Shown here: positions 27,497 through 36,331 of the stretch, piece after piece
Numbering within the stretch: position 1 is the stretch's first letter
Layout of the letters: each line of letters begins with the position of its first letter
Source: an uncultured Oscillospiraceae bacterium
Lineage (GTDB): Bacteria > Bacillota > Clostridia > DSM-8532
Length of the DNA: 37,258 nt
Reading direction: 5' to 3'
Assembly: GCA_964522755.1 (NCBI GenBank)
Contig: CAZFWQ010000002.1
Coordinates: 4,318-41,575 of the forward strand
Program-made: the position numbers and the translations under genes
The notes under the pieces: generated by a model
The model's database searches: none
Told to the model about the DNA's origin: nothing
Seen by the model: only the letters and a program-made list of their open reading frames with translations

Positions 27497-27545
27497 ACCT
27501 CGCCGGCATCGTGCCGGGGACAGCGGCAGGAAGGAAGGCATATCG

Positions 27546-28337
27546 ATGAAGACGGAGCAGGCAGGCGCGCTCCCGCAGGATATCCGGGCATATCTCAACC
27601 GCATTGGCTACCGGGGTCCCCTCGACGGCAGCGCGAAAACCCTTGCGGGCTTGCAGGAAGCACACGTGAAAGCGGTTCCCTATGAAAACCTGGACATCCT
27701 GATGGGGGTTCCCCTGTCGCTGGAGATTCCCGACCTGTTTCGGAAAATCGTCAGGAAACGGCGCGGTGGGTACTGTTTTGAGCTTAACGGACTGTTCGCA
27801 TGGCTTCTGGAGTGTCTTGGCTATCCTGTCCACCAGCACATGTCAAGATTCCTGCGCGATGAAACCGCCATACCCATGCGCAGGCACAGGGTGCTGAAGG
27901 TGGAGGCGGAAGGAAAATTCTGGCTTTGCGATGTCGGTGTCGGGGGCCCTTCCCCGTGCCGGCCCCTGCAGATTGAAGCGGGGCTTGAACAGCATCAGGG
28001 AGAAGAATCATATCGCCTGAGGCAGGATCCGTTTCTTGGATGGATCGTGGATGAATTCCGCAAGGGCGCGTGGATGCAGTACTATTCCTTCACGGAAGAG
28101 CCCCAGCTTCCCATAGATTACGTGATGCCGTCATACTGGTGCGAGCACGCGCCCGAGTCCATTTTCAAAAAAGGGAACATGATCTCGATCCGCACTCCGG
28201 ACGGACGAAATACGGTTGCGGGCGACGAATTCCGACTATTCACGAAAGAGGGTGTCCATGCGTTTGTCCCGGAATCGGAAGAAGCCCGGAGAGATGCGTT
28301 TCGCACCTATTTCGGGATTGACCTGGACCAGGCGTGA
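27546..28337 (+). CDS. Arylamine N-acetyltransferase (NAT family)
   Basis: ORF 27444..28337. Preferred start is ATG 27546 (MKTEQAGALPQDIRAYLNRIGY...) after GGAAGGAAGG. NAT hallmarks: HVKAVPYENLDI and the catalytic Cys context RRGGYCFELN. Confidence 0.85.
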   Translation: MKTEQAGALPQDIRAYLNRIGYRGPLDGSAKTLAGLQEAHVKAVPYENLDILMGVPLSLEIPDLFRKIVRKRRGGYCFELNGLFAWLLECLGYPVHQHMSRFLRDETAIPMRRHRVLKVEAEGKFWLCDVGVGGPSPCRPLQIEAGLEQHQGEESYRLRQDPFLGWIVDEFRKGAWMQYYSFTEEPQLPIDYVMPSYWCEHAPESIFKKGNMISIRTPDGRNTVAGDEFRLFTKEGVHAFVPESEEARRDAFRTYFGIDLDQA

Positions 28338-28366
28338 TATGAAGGGCCTGCCACCCGGGAGGAAGA

Positions 28367-30760
28367 ATGACTGACAAAATCTCCGAATCCGCCACACAAG
28401 CAGATTCAGAAACAGAATCCGGCTTCAGGCCGGCAATCGTGCCTGTTCCAATCCCTGCCGCCAATCCTGTCCGCCGTCATCCCGACTGGGAAGCGGAACA
28501 GGCGCATCTGCGATATACCCTTGATCTTGTGGCAAAAACCCGGGGGGAATCCGAAGCCACGAAGCACGGCATCGACAGCGAAGTCAGCCGGCTCAAGGAA
28601 ACCGGCGACCCGGACAGTTCCATCGATTACGTGGACCTGTCCGTGAACCTGCTCATTCAGGGCTCCCTGGAACTGAAGCTGCGCAATCTCACGGAAGCAG
28701 CCCGCAAGCCTTATTTTGCCCGTGTGGATTTTCGGGAGGATGGGGCCGCGCGGGCGGAACCGATCTATATCGGAAAAATGGTGCTCATCCGCGAGGAAGA
28801 CATGAAGCCGGTCATCATCGACTGGCGCGCGCCCATCTCCTCCCTCTATTATGAGGAACGACTCGGCGATGCCCATTATCTGGCGCCCCGGGGCGACATT
28901 ACGGGGCAGATGTCCCTGAAACGTCAGTACACCATTGAAAATGCGGAACTGAAGAACCTGTTTGACATCGACATCACGACAAATGACACCTTTCTGCAGT
29001 CCTATCTGGGTGCCAATGCCGACAATCGGCTCAAGGACATTGTTTCGACAATCCAGGCGGAGCAGAACCGCATCATCCGGGCCGACATGTGGACGCCGCT
29101 CATCGTGCAGGGCGCCGCGGGCAGCGGCAAGACGACCATTGCGCTGCACCGCATCGCCTACCTCGTTTATACGCATGAAAAGACATTCAAGCCGGAAAAC
29201 TTCATGATCATCGCCCCTACGGCCCTTTTCCTGAATTACATATCCGAAATCCTTCCGGAACTCGGCGTTGACCGTGTGCGCCAGACGACGTTCGAAGACT
29301 TCGCGATGGATCTGATCGGGAAACGGTTCCGCATGAGGGATCCGAACGAGAAGCTGACCGTTCTGGCCGAAAACAGGGACCCCGTCTGGGCGAACCGGCT
29401 TGCGTCCGCATCCCGCCTGAAGGCCTCCACCCGGTACAAGGCCCTGCTCGATCGCTTCATGGACGAGAAGGAGCTGGAAATGCTCCCTGATCGCGACTTT
29501 GCCGTTCTAGGCGAAGTGCTGCTCACGAGGCCGGAACTGGTGAAGTTGTTTACCGTCGAGTACCGCCGGTGGCCGGTGAAAAACCGTCTGGAAGAAATGA
29601 AGAAGCATATGGTGACTGCCGCGAGGCGGAGGAGGAATGCGCTTGCCGCAAGGATAGAGCGGGAATGCCAGGCACGCATTGACGCACTCAAGGCCGGAAA
29701 CGAATCCGAAGTGGATATCCGCCTTCAGATCATCACCGCCTACGATGAGCGCGACAGCCGGCTGCACCATCTGCAGAAAGACATTTCCGGAACCATTTCC
29801 GCGTACTTGTCCGGGATCATGAAACCGCAAGCCATCGACTGGTACGGGCGGTTCGTCGCCTGGCTCGCGGAACGCGCGGCCGACGAGGATGAGGCGTTCG
29901 CGGCATCCTGGTCTGCCAAGGTGCTCGCGGAGCGGAAAATCGAACTGGAAGACCTGGCGCCGCTCATTCATCTCAGGTACCGGATCCACGGCCTGGACGA
30001 GAAAATTCCCGTCCGTCACATCGTCATTGACGAGGCACAGGATTTCAGCGCGTTTCAGCTTGATGTCATCCGCCGGATCATCCCGGACAGTTCCTTCACC
30101 ATCCTCGGTGACTTATGTCAGGGCATTCATTCATACAGGAGTCTGTCAAGCTGGGAGGAAATACAGTCCCAGGTGTTTCAGGACCGACGCAGCAAGGTGC
30201 TGATGCTGGAGCAGAGCTACCGTACCACGGTCGAAATCATGGATGCGGCGAACCTTGTGGCCACGCGCATGAACATTCCCGGCGTGGCGATGGCAAAACC
30301 CGTCATCCGCCATGGCGAATCCGTGAGACTGCAGGTGTATCGGCCGGAAGACGCAGGCAGGTTCATTCACGGACGGATCGCCGCGCGCCTGAAGGATTTG
30401 ATGGCGGCCGGGATGAAACTGCTCGCCGTCATCGGCAAGACGCTGGAAGAATGCCGGGACATTCATCGCCATCTTGTGCGGGTGATTCCGGAAGTCCGCC
30501 TCATCACCGGAGCGGAAGGCGAATATGGCGGCGGCGTGATGGTGATGCCAGCACACCTGTCGAAGGGGCTCGAGTTTGACGGTGTGATTCTTGCGGACGC
30601 CGGCGCGGCAAGGTTTTCTCAAAGCCAGACGGATTCAAAGCTGCTATATGTCGCACTTACCCGGGCCATGCACATCCTTGACATTCACTGCGTCGGCGAA
30701 CCCTCTCCGCTGCTGGAGGGCTTGCCCGTGGACAGGGTGAGGGAGGCCATGGGAAGCTGA
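28367..30760 (+). CDS. helD: HelD-type (helicase IV-like) UvrD/REP superfamily-1 ATPase, RNA-polymerase-associated
   Basis: ORF track; SD GGGAGGAAG. N-terminal YFARVDFREDG...IYIGK module. Walker A GAAGSGKTT, Walker B VIDEAQDF, C-terminal LYVALTRAMHIL. Confidence 0.85.
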   Translation: MTDKISESATQADSETESGFRPAIVPVPIPAANPVRRHPDWEAEQAHLRYTLDLVAKTRGESEATKHGIDSEVSRLKETGDPDSSIDYVDLSVNLLIQGSLELKLRNLTEAARKPYFARVDFREDGAARAEPIYIGKMVLIREEDMKPVIIDWRAPISSLYYEERLGDAHYLAPRGDITGQMSLKRQYTIENAELKNLFDIDITTNDTFLQSYLGANADNRLKDIVSTIQAEQNRIIRADMWTPLIVQGAAGSGKTTIALHRIAYLVYTHEKTFKPENFMIIAPTALFLNYISEILPELGVDRVRQTTFEDFAMDLIGKRFRMRDPNEKLTVLAENRDPVWANRLASASRLKASTRYKALLDRFMDEKELEMLPDRDFAVLGEVLLTRPELVKLFTVEYRRWPVKNRLEEMKKHMVTAARRRRNALAARIERECQARIDALKAGNESEVDIRLQIITAYDERDSRLHHLQKDISGTISAYLSGIMKPQAIDWYGRFVAWLAERAADEDEAFAASWSAKVLAERKIELEDLAPLIHLRYRIHGLDEKIPVRHIVIDEAQDFSAFQLDVIRRIIPDSSFTILGDLCQGIHSYRSLSSWEEIQSQVFQDRRSKVLMLEQSYRTTVEIMDAANLVATRMNIPGVAMAKPVIRHGESVRLQVYRPEDAGRFIHGRIAARLKDLMAAGMKLLAVIGKTLEECRDIHRHLVRVIPEVRLITGAEGEYGGGVMVMPAHLSKGLEFDGVILADAGAARFSQSQTDSKLLYVALTRAMHILDIHCVGEPSPLLEGLPVDRVREAMGS

Positions 30761-30799
30761 TGCCGGCTGCATGCGGGCAATCGCGGCAGCGCGCCACAG

Positions 30800-30893
30800 G
30801 CATCCCGCAGGCAGGCGGCATGCCTCTGCGGGCAGGCAACAGGTACCCCGCAGGCACTCCCCCGCAGGCAGGCAATATGTCTCCGCAGCCGCC
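30800..30893. repeat. Degenerate direct-repeat array with core CCGCAGGCAGGC
   Basis: Cores at 30805 (CCGCAGGCAGGC), 30826 (CTGCGGGCAGGC), 30848 (CCGCAGGCAC), 30862 (CCGCAGGCAGGC) and 30883 (CCGCAGCC). Spacings are 21, 22, 14 and 21 nt. Confidence 0.7.
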
Positions 30894-31016
30894 GATTATG
30901 CAAAACGATGAAAAGTCGATATAATGGATAGGAACCTTGATTGGCGTGCAGATACGGCAAAGTCGAATTTGCATGACAGTCCATCTTCATCTTGCAACGC
31001 ATGAAAGGGAGGAAAC

Positions 31017-32699
31017 ATGGTTTTTTGTCCGGGAAAGCAGGGCGCCTGCCGGTTGCCGGCCACCCTGCTGCTGTGCCTGGCACTCATGACGGGATGCGGC
31101 CCGGCGACCGGGGATGCCACGGGAACCGTTTCAGCCGCAAGCGCCAAGGCATCCGCGAAGACGCCCGCCATAGCCACCGAAGCCAGCGCATTGCCGGATG
31201 CAGGTGTCCTGCCATCCGCCAGTCCCGAGGCCGGCGTTTCCGCTGCGGCGCAGACAACGGCTCAGACAACGGCTCAGACGGCGGCTCAGGCTGAAGCGGA
31301 CGGGGAAGCCCCGGCATCGGATACGCCCCCGTCCCGGGAGGCATTGTCCATTTTCCCCGGAGTGCTCAGGGCGATGTCACTACCCCGGGAGGAAGTGCTT
31401 GCGACCCTGGGGGAAGGATTCGAAACCTATGACAACGTGTCCCGCGCCTTCAGCGTGTATACCTGGGCCGAATCGAATCTGATGCTGGAATATGACAGCC
31501 TTTCGGGTCGCCTTCGCACCATCCGGGTGGGTGAACGATCCATATTCCTCGACGGGGCGGACTACCAGGAGGCCGACCTGAACGGCGATGGCATCAAGGA
31601 AGGAATCTGCTCTTTTGAGGACATCCGGGACAGCGCAAGCCTGGCTGGCGCCGGAGTGGATCCGACCAATCGGCGGGAGGGTCATGTCGCCATCCTGGAC
31701 GAACAAACGGGAAAATCGATAAGCGAGTGTTATACGCGGCCATTCGGGGGATTCTCGAACTTGTCGTTCCTGACCGCGTACGGCACGGACAAGGAATGCC
31801 TGGTCATCATCGACACGCAGTCCTACTGGGAGTGCGATGTGCTCTCCTTTGCAGGGGGGCAGCTCGTCAGCATGCTGCCGGCGGATGCGCTCCAATTGAC
31901 TGAACAAGCGAAGGTAACCAGGTTTCCGGACAAGCCGGACCGGGTTCAGCTGGATGTGGAATCCGTGGGGCTCTCCTTTGACTGCCTGATGCCGGAACGG
32001 CTGCAGGAAGCCCTCGCAGATGGGCAGGAGTTCAGCCACAGGTTTCTGGTGAACCGCAAACCGGTGATCACCGATGACGGCTTATCCCTTCAGCTGCGCA
32101 ATTCACTGCAGGTGATGCTGGGTGAAGCGAAGGATTCCGAAGGGACGCCCATCGGCCGCCATATCGACATCGGACAGGTCACGCAGGAATACCGCTATAT
32201 GGGAAAGGGTTCGTGGGTCCTGCTGAAGACTTCAGGCGGGCCGAAATACGCGGATGCCGCGCAGAGCGGAAACATCACGACGGAAGACCTGACCGTGGGC
32301 CAGGCCATCCTGTTCTCCACGCTCTATGATTTTACCGAAACATTTGAACTCGACCCGGAGCTTTTCACCGATGTCGATCTTGTCGGGGGAATCACCTTCA
32401 AGTCTGAAGGCATGCGCATCAACGTCATCAATGCGCGTATCGCCAACATCGCCATGGAGGAGGGCTGCCTGCTGAAAACCGTCCGCGGGCTGGCTGTGGG
32501 AGATTCGCGCGGGGAAGCCCTGACGAAGTACGGTCAGCCTGATTCCGGATATTTCGAGGATCGGATATGGACGTACTGGTTCTACCGGGAATTCGAGGGA
32601 GCCGGAGAACGCATCCTGTCCCTTGACAGTTTCGCCATTGCGTTTGCCGGGGATAAAGTGGACCAAATCCGCATGGATGCATATGTTCCGATTGATTGA
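31017..32699 (+). CDS. Lipoprotein of unknown function
   Basis: ORF track; SD GGGAGGAAAC. Signal peptide with lipobox: LLLCLALMTG-C. Low-complexity linker with AQTT repeats. One DLNGDGIKE (FG-GAP/VCBS-like) motif. No family recognised. Confidence 0.7.
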   Translation: MVFCPGKQGACRLPATLLLCLALMTGCGPATGDATGTVSAASAKASAKTPAIATEASALPDAGVLPSASPEAGVSAAAQTTAQTTAQTAAQAEADGEAPASDTPPSREALSIFPGVLRAMSLPREEVLATLGEGFETYDNVSRAFSVYTWAESNLMLEYDSLSGRLRTIRVGERSIFLDGADYQEADLNGDGIKEGICSFEDIRDSASLAGAGVDPTNRREGHVAILDEQTGKSISECYTRPFGGFSNLSFLTAYGTDKECLVIIDTQSYWECDVLSFAGGQLVSMLPADALQLTEQAKVTRFPDKPDRVQLDVESVGLSFDCLMPERLQEALADGQEFSHRFLVNRKPVITDDGLSLQLRNSLQVMLGEAKDSEGTPIGRHIDIGQVTQEYRYMGKGSWVLLKTSGGPKYADAAQSGNITTEDLTVGQAILFSTLYDFTETFELDPELFTDVDLVGGITFKSEGMRINVINARIANIAMEEGCLLKTVRGLAVGDSRGEALTKYGQPDSGYFEDRIWTYWFYREFEGAGERILSLDSFAIAFAGDKVDQIRMDAYVPID

Positions 32700-32749
32700 A
32701 CGGATAACGCCGCCGAATCTGAAAACCACAGCCATCAAGGAGGAGCATC

Positions 32750-33496
32750 ATGACCTGGATATACAAGCTGGAACGGAAATATGGCCGATATGCCATTCGC
32801 AACCTGGTGAAGTACATTGCCATCCTCAATGCTGCGACGTTCGCCGTATTGTTCGTACTGGCTCCGGAAGCGCAGGACCGCATGTTCAACGCGCTGGCCC
32901 TCATCCCCGCGCTGCTGTTCAAAGGGCAGATCTGGCGGCTTTTCACCTATATCCTGCTCCCGACGACCATGAGCCCATTGTGGGCTGCCTTGTCCATTTA
33001 CCTCTTCTACATCATCGGAACTGCCTTGGAGCGGAACTGGGGTGCCTTCCGGTTCAACCTGTTTTATCTCATTGGCATGGCAGGCACCACGCTGGGCGCC
33101 ATGATCGTCGGCCTGCTGATGCCGGGCTTCCCGGCCACAACGGCCACATACCTCAATCTTTCGCTTTTCCTGGCGTTCGCCACCCTGTTCCCGGATTATC
33201 AGCTGATGATTTTCTTCGTGCTGCCGGTGAAGGTGAAATGGCTGGGATGGCTGCAGGCGGCTTTCATCGCATGGACCGTTCTCTCAAGCCTGTTTTCAGG
33301 TCAGTGGGGCATGGCCATCGCACCGGTGGTTTCACTTTTGAACTACCTGCTGTTTTTCGGGCGTGACCTTTACAGGGGGTTGCATCTGCGCGGCAGCGTG
33401 AACAGCAACCGCAAGAAATACTTCGACGCGATCAACCGCGGCCAGGCGGAACGCGAAGCCAGACAGAAAAATGACGACAACATTCGAAGGTTTTAG
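32750..33496 (+). CDS. Rhomboid-like polytopic membrane protein lacking the Ser/His dyad
   Basis: ORF track; SD AAGGAGGAG. GQIWRLFTYILLP and ALERNWG resemble rhomboid TM2/L1-TM3 motifs. There is no GxSG motif. The only His in the protein is in the soluble C-terminal tail (GLHLRG). Confidence 0.45.
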   Translation: MTWIYKLERKYGRYAIRNLVKYIAILNAATFAVLFVLAPEAQDRMFNALALIPALLFKGQIWRLFTYILLPTTMSPLWAALSIYLFYIIGTALERNWGAFRFNLFYLIGMAGTTLGAMIVGLLMPGFPATTATYLNLSLFLAFATLFPDYQLMIFFVLPVKVKWLGWLQAAFIAWTVLSSLFSGQWGMAIAPVVSLLNYLLFFGRDLYRGLHLRGSVNSNRKKYFDAINRGQAEREARQKNDDNIRRF

Positions 33497-36042
33497 GCGT
33501 GCTCCTGATCTTCCTGAATCATCTCAAGAAAAACGACCGCCATGTCTGGGTCAAAATGAGTTCCAATCCCCTTTTTGATATGGGCGATCACTTTGTCATT
33601 CGGCAGTGCGTCCCTGTAATACCGGGATGAACTCAAGGCGTCCCATACATCGACGATGGCGAACATGCGTGCATCCCTTGGAATTTGCACCCCGGCCAGG
33701 CCGTTCGGATAGCCCGTTCCGTCCCAGCGCTCATGATGATGGAAGGGAATGTCCGTTGCCAACTTAAGATACGCTATCGGCTCAAGAATTGTTCTGGAGT
33801 GGATCGGATGCTCCTCTATGATTTTTCTTTCAGCGGCAGACAATGCACCTGGTTTCTGGAGAATGGAATCGGCAATCACCATCTTTCCGATATCATGCAG
33901 CAAAGCCCCCCTGCGGATATGTTCCAACTGATCATGCTCAAACTTCAGCCGGATTGAGAACCGGAGTGACATTTGCACCGTTCTCTGACTGTGGCCGGCT
34001 GTTTCCTTTTCCCTCAGTTCCAAAGCCCGTGCCCAGCCCTCTATTGTGGCATCATAAGCTGTTTTCAGTTCATTCGTCCTCAATGAGATCTTCTGTTCGA
34101 GCGTATCATTCATTCGTTGGGTTTCCGACAAAAGTTCCTGCGTTTTCTGCAGCAGGTAGGAGCGCGAGATGGATAAGGCAATTTGATCGGCTGCCTGCAT
34201 GCCCCAGCGCAAAGTTTCTTCCGTAAATGAATGGATGTCATCAAATGCGATGAGTGCGCAGCCTAGTTTTTGTGAACCTGCCACCAACGGAAGCGCCATG
34301 ACGGCACGTGCGGGAAACAAAAGCGAGATGCCAGGGCTTTGATAGGCAGTATGGTAGATATCCTCCACTACAATGGGCTGCAGGCGAGACAGGGCATCTT
34401 CTACAAGTGGATTCTCAATGGCCTGCGCGTTCAGTTTCGGGTATATCTCTTTCATGGACCCGCAAGCCACACCGGGGTGAAACCGGAGGGTCTGTTCATC
34501 CCAAAGATTGATGAAGGCGCTGGAAGCCTCGAACAATTCGGCCAAGCGCTCTATAAGGGACTGCAGGGTCTCGCTCGGGCTGTTTCCTGCCAAAGCGTCC
34601 CAGGTGATTTTATTCAACAGGTTCAGATATCGTTCACGAGATCGAAGCGTCACTTCGGCCTTCACTTTATCCGTGATATCCCTGATGATGACAAGCAGGA
34701 CATCTTCACCGGTTAAATTCAGAATGCTGCCGCTGATCTCTACTGGAAACACCTCGCCATTGAAGCGTCGGTTTAGGGATCGGAGCACTGTTTCCTGCTT
34801 CACCGGGGAAATGCCGCCGAGGTGTTCATCGGTATTCACGGATAAGGTTGGATTCCCGTCCGCCAGGTCATAAGCCGTTTTGGTCAGCAGCTCTTCATGG
34901 GTGAAGCCATACATCCGGCAAGCTTCCTGATTTGCATCGAGAATCCCGCCTGTCAGATTCTCCACCAGCAGGGCATCGCGCATCCCTGCAAAAATACCTT
35001 CGTATCTTTCCTTTGATTCCTGCAGGGCCAAGGCAAATTGTTTTTCCGTTGTCGTGTCAATCAGTGTGATCATTCGGCCCGTCAGTCTGTCGCCCTGGAA
35101 AACAGGAGCCGTTTTCAACAGGACATAAGGTCGCGCCATCAGATGGTTCAATTCAATCTGCTGATGCTTGGCCGATGACAATACGTCCTTTACATTGTCT
35201 GACAAAAATGTTTGGAGTTGATGGCTCGTATGAAATCCGGCAATTCTCAAGGCCGCCCCATTGGAGTCTAAAATGTTGCCATGAGGATCAGTGATGATGA
35301 TGCCCTCTTCCAGGCTTTCCATCACAATTTCCCTGGCCCTGGGGACAAGATCCAGCCTAAAGCTTTTGGTCGACCCCCACAGCAGCATAAGACCTGAAAT
35401 GGAAAAGGCAAACGGCGTCATGTCAAGGTAACCGAACGGATTCAGATTCACAAATTGGGCCACATTGGCAAGAACGGGCAGGATGGGGATCAGGATATAA
35501 ATGATGCGGTATCTGTAGATCGAATCCGTGACAATGAACCGGTACACCAGAAGCCCTGTGCCGGTGGCAATCAGCAGGTACGAATAGGCGAAATGAACCC
35601 AGAACATAGGTCCGTAGACATTTTCCATGACATTTCTGCCATCGATGACAAGCAGGTAATTCTTAACCCAAAAAAAATGATGCCAATCATTTGTCCAGCA
35701 AAAAAACAGGATGATGGCTGGGATGAAGAAAAGGGAAGCTGAGAAGCGCTTTCCTTTGAATTTTTCCCACGGGTTCAGTGAGAGCGAGAAGATCAGCCAA
35801 AGGGGTGGAAGCGTCACAATTCCAATGTATTCGATTTTTGCCCACAACACCATATGTTCCAACACTGAACTTTTCAACTCTGCGGCATAGAATACCGACC
35901 AGACAGTCAGGGCGGCCATCAAAAAACCCAAGGCTATGGCACCTTGTCTTTCAGGGGTGCGAAATGCGATGATGCATACCATGGCTGTCAGCATGGCAGA
36001 AATCAAAAGCAAGGCCCAATAAGGTACATCAAAATGGACCAC
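33493..36042 (-). CDS. Membrane sensor: N-terminal 7TM (HisKA_7TM-type) domain, PAS x2, GAF, HD-GYP phosphodiesterase
   Basis: ORF track (GTG start at 36042, start uncertain). The hydrophobic N-terminus, about 230 aa with WAKIEYIGIVTLPPLWLIF, is typical of the 7TM sensor module. GAF-like MALPLVAGSQKLGCALIAF. HD-GYP: LLHDIGKMV...HHHERWDGTGYP. Confidence 0.85.
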   Translation of the reverse strand: MVHFDVPYWALLLISAMLTAMVCIIAFRTPERQGAIALGFLMAALTVWSVFYAAELKSSVLEHMVLWAKIEYIGIVTLPPLWLIFSLSLNPWEKFKGKRFSASLFFIPAIILFFCWTNDWHHFFWVKNYLLVIDGRNVMENVYGPMFWVHFAYSYLLIATGTGLLVYRFIVTDSIYRYRIIYILIPILPVLANVAQFVNLNPFGYLDMTPFAFSISGLMLLWGSTKSFRLDLVPRAREIVMESLEEGIIITDPHGNILDSNGAALRIAGFHTSHQLQTFLSDNVKDVLSSAKHQQIELNHLMARPYVLLKTAPVFQGDRLTGRMITLIDTTTEKQFALALQESKERYEGIFAGMRDALLVENLTGGILDANQEACRMYGFTHEELLTKTAYDLADGNPTLSVNTDEHLGGISPVKQETVLRSLNRRFNGEVFPVEISGSILNLTGEDVLLVIIRDITDKVKAEVTLRSRERYLNLLNKITWDALAGNSPSETLQSLIERLAELFEASSAFINLWDEQTLRFHPGVACGSMKEIYPKLNAQAIENPLVEDALSRLQPIVVEDIYHTAYQSPGISLLFPARAVMALPLVAGSQKLGCALIAFDDIHSFTEETLRWGMQAADQIALSISRSYLLQKTQELLSETQRMNDTLEQKISLRTNELKTAYDATIEGWARALELREKETAGHSQRTVQMSLRFSIRLKFEHDQLEHIRRGALLHDIGKMVIADSILQKPGALSAAERKIIEEHPIHSRTILEPIAYLKLATDIPFHHHERWDGTGYPNGLAGVQIPRDARMFAIVDVWDALSSSRYYRDALPNDKVIAHIKKGIGTHFDPDMAVVFLEMIQEDQEHA

Positions 36043-36302
36043 GTTATTATACCTGCTTTTCCGCTCTCAATCGGGACGGCGGTGGGGTTGCAATGGCTTC
36101 ATGAAGTGTTTCCACTAAACCTCCTGAATAATAACATAAAACGGTCATCAAGCATACCAGTGCCTGATTGCACAAGCTTATCATGTCATACCCATGAAAA
36201 TCCTTGCCGAAACTTCCGTGCGGCATTTTCAACAAGGGCCTTGTATCTCTTAGAACGTGGATTCCATGCGTGTTTCACCATGCGGCGACTGTTGCGGCCT
36301 TC

Positions 36303-36331
36303 TTGCGCCCCTTCTTTTTCTGGGGTACAAT
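36303..36331 (+). promoter_or_regulatory. Sigma-A-type promoter for nadB
   Basis: TTGCGC (36303-08), a 17-nt spacer, then TACAAT (36326-31). It sits about 150 nt upstream of the nadB ATG. Confidence 0.5.

Noticed and set aside
27506-27520. Hairpin CCGGCA-TCG-TGCCGG just after the nrdJ stop as a rho-independent terminator.
   Set aside because: The stem is only 6 bp with a 3-nt loop and no downstream U-tract. The NAT gene follows within 30 nt, so read-through or an operon seems more likely.
28367-30760. The UvrD-like helicase as part of a phage-defence system (Gabija GajB-like, or a helicase-nuclease pair).
   Set aside because: The N-terminal YFARVDF...IYIGK module and overall length fit HelD/helicase IV. 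No partner nuclease, ATPase or other defence-type gene is adjacent, and the neighbours are housekeeping-type genes.
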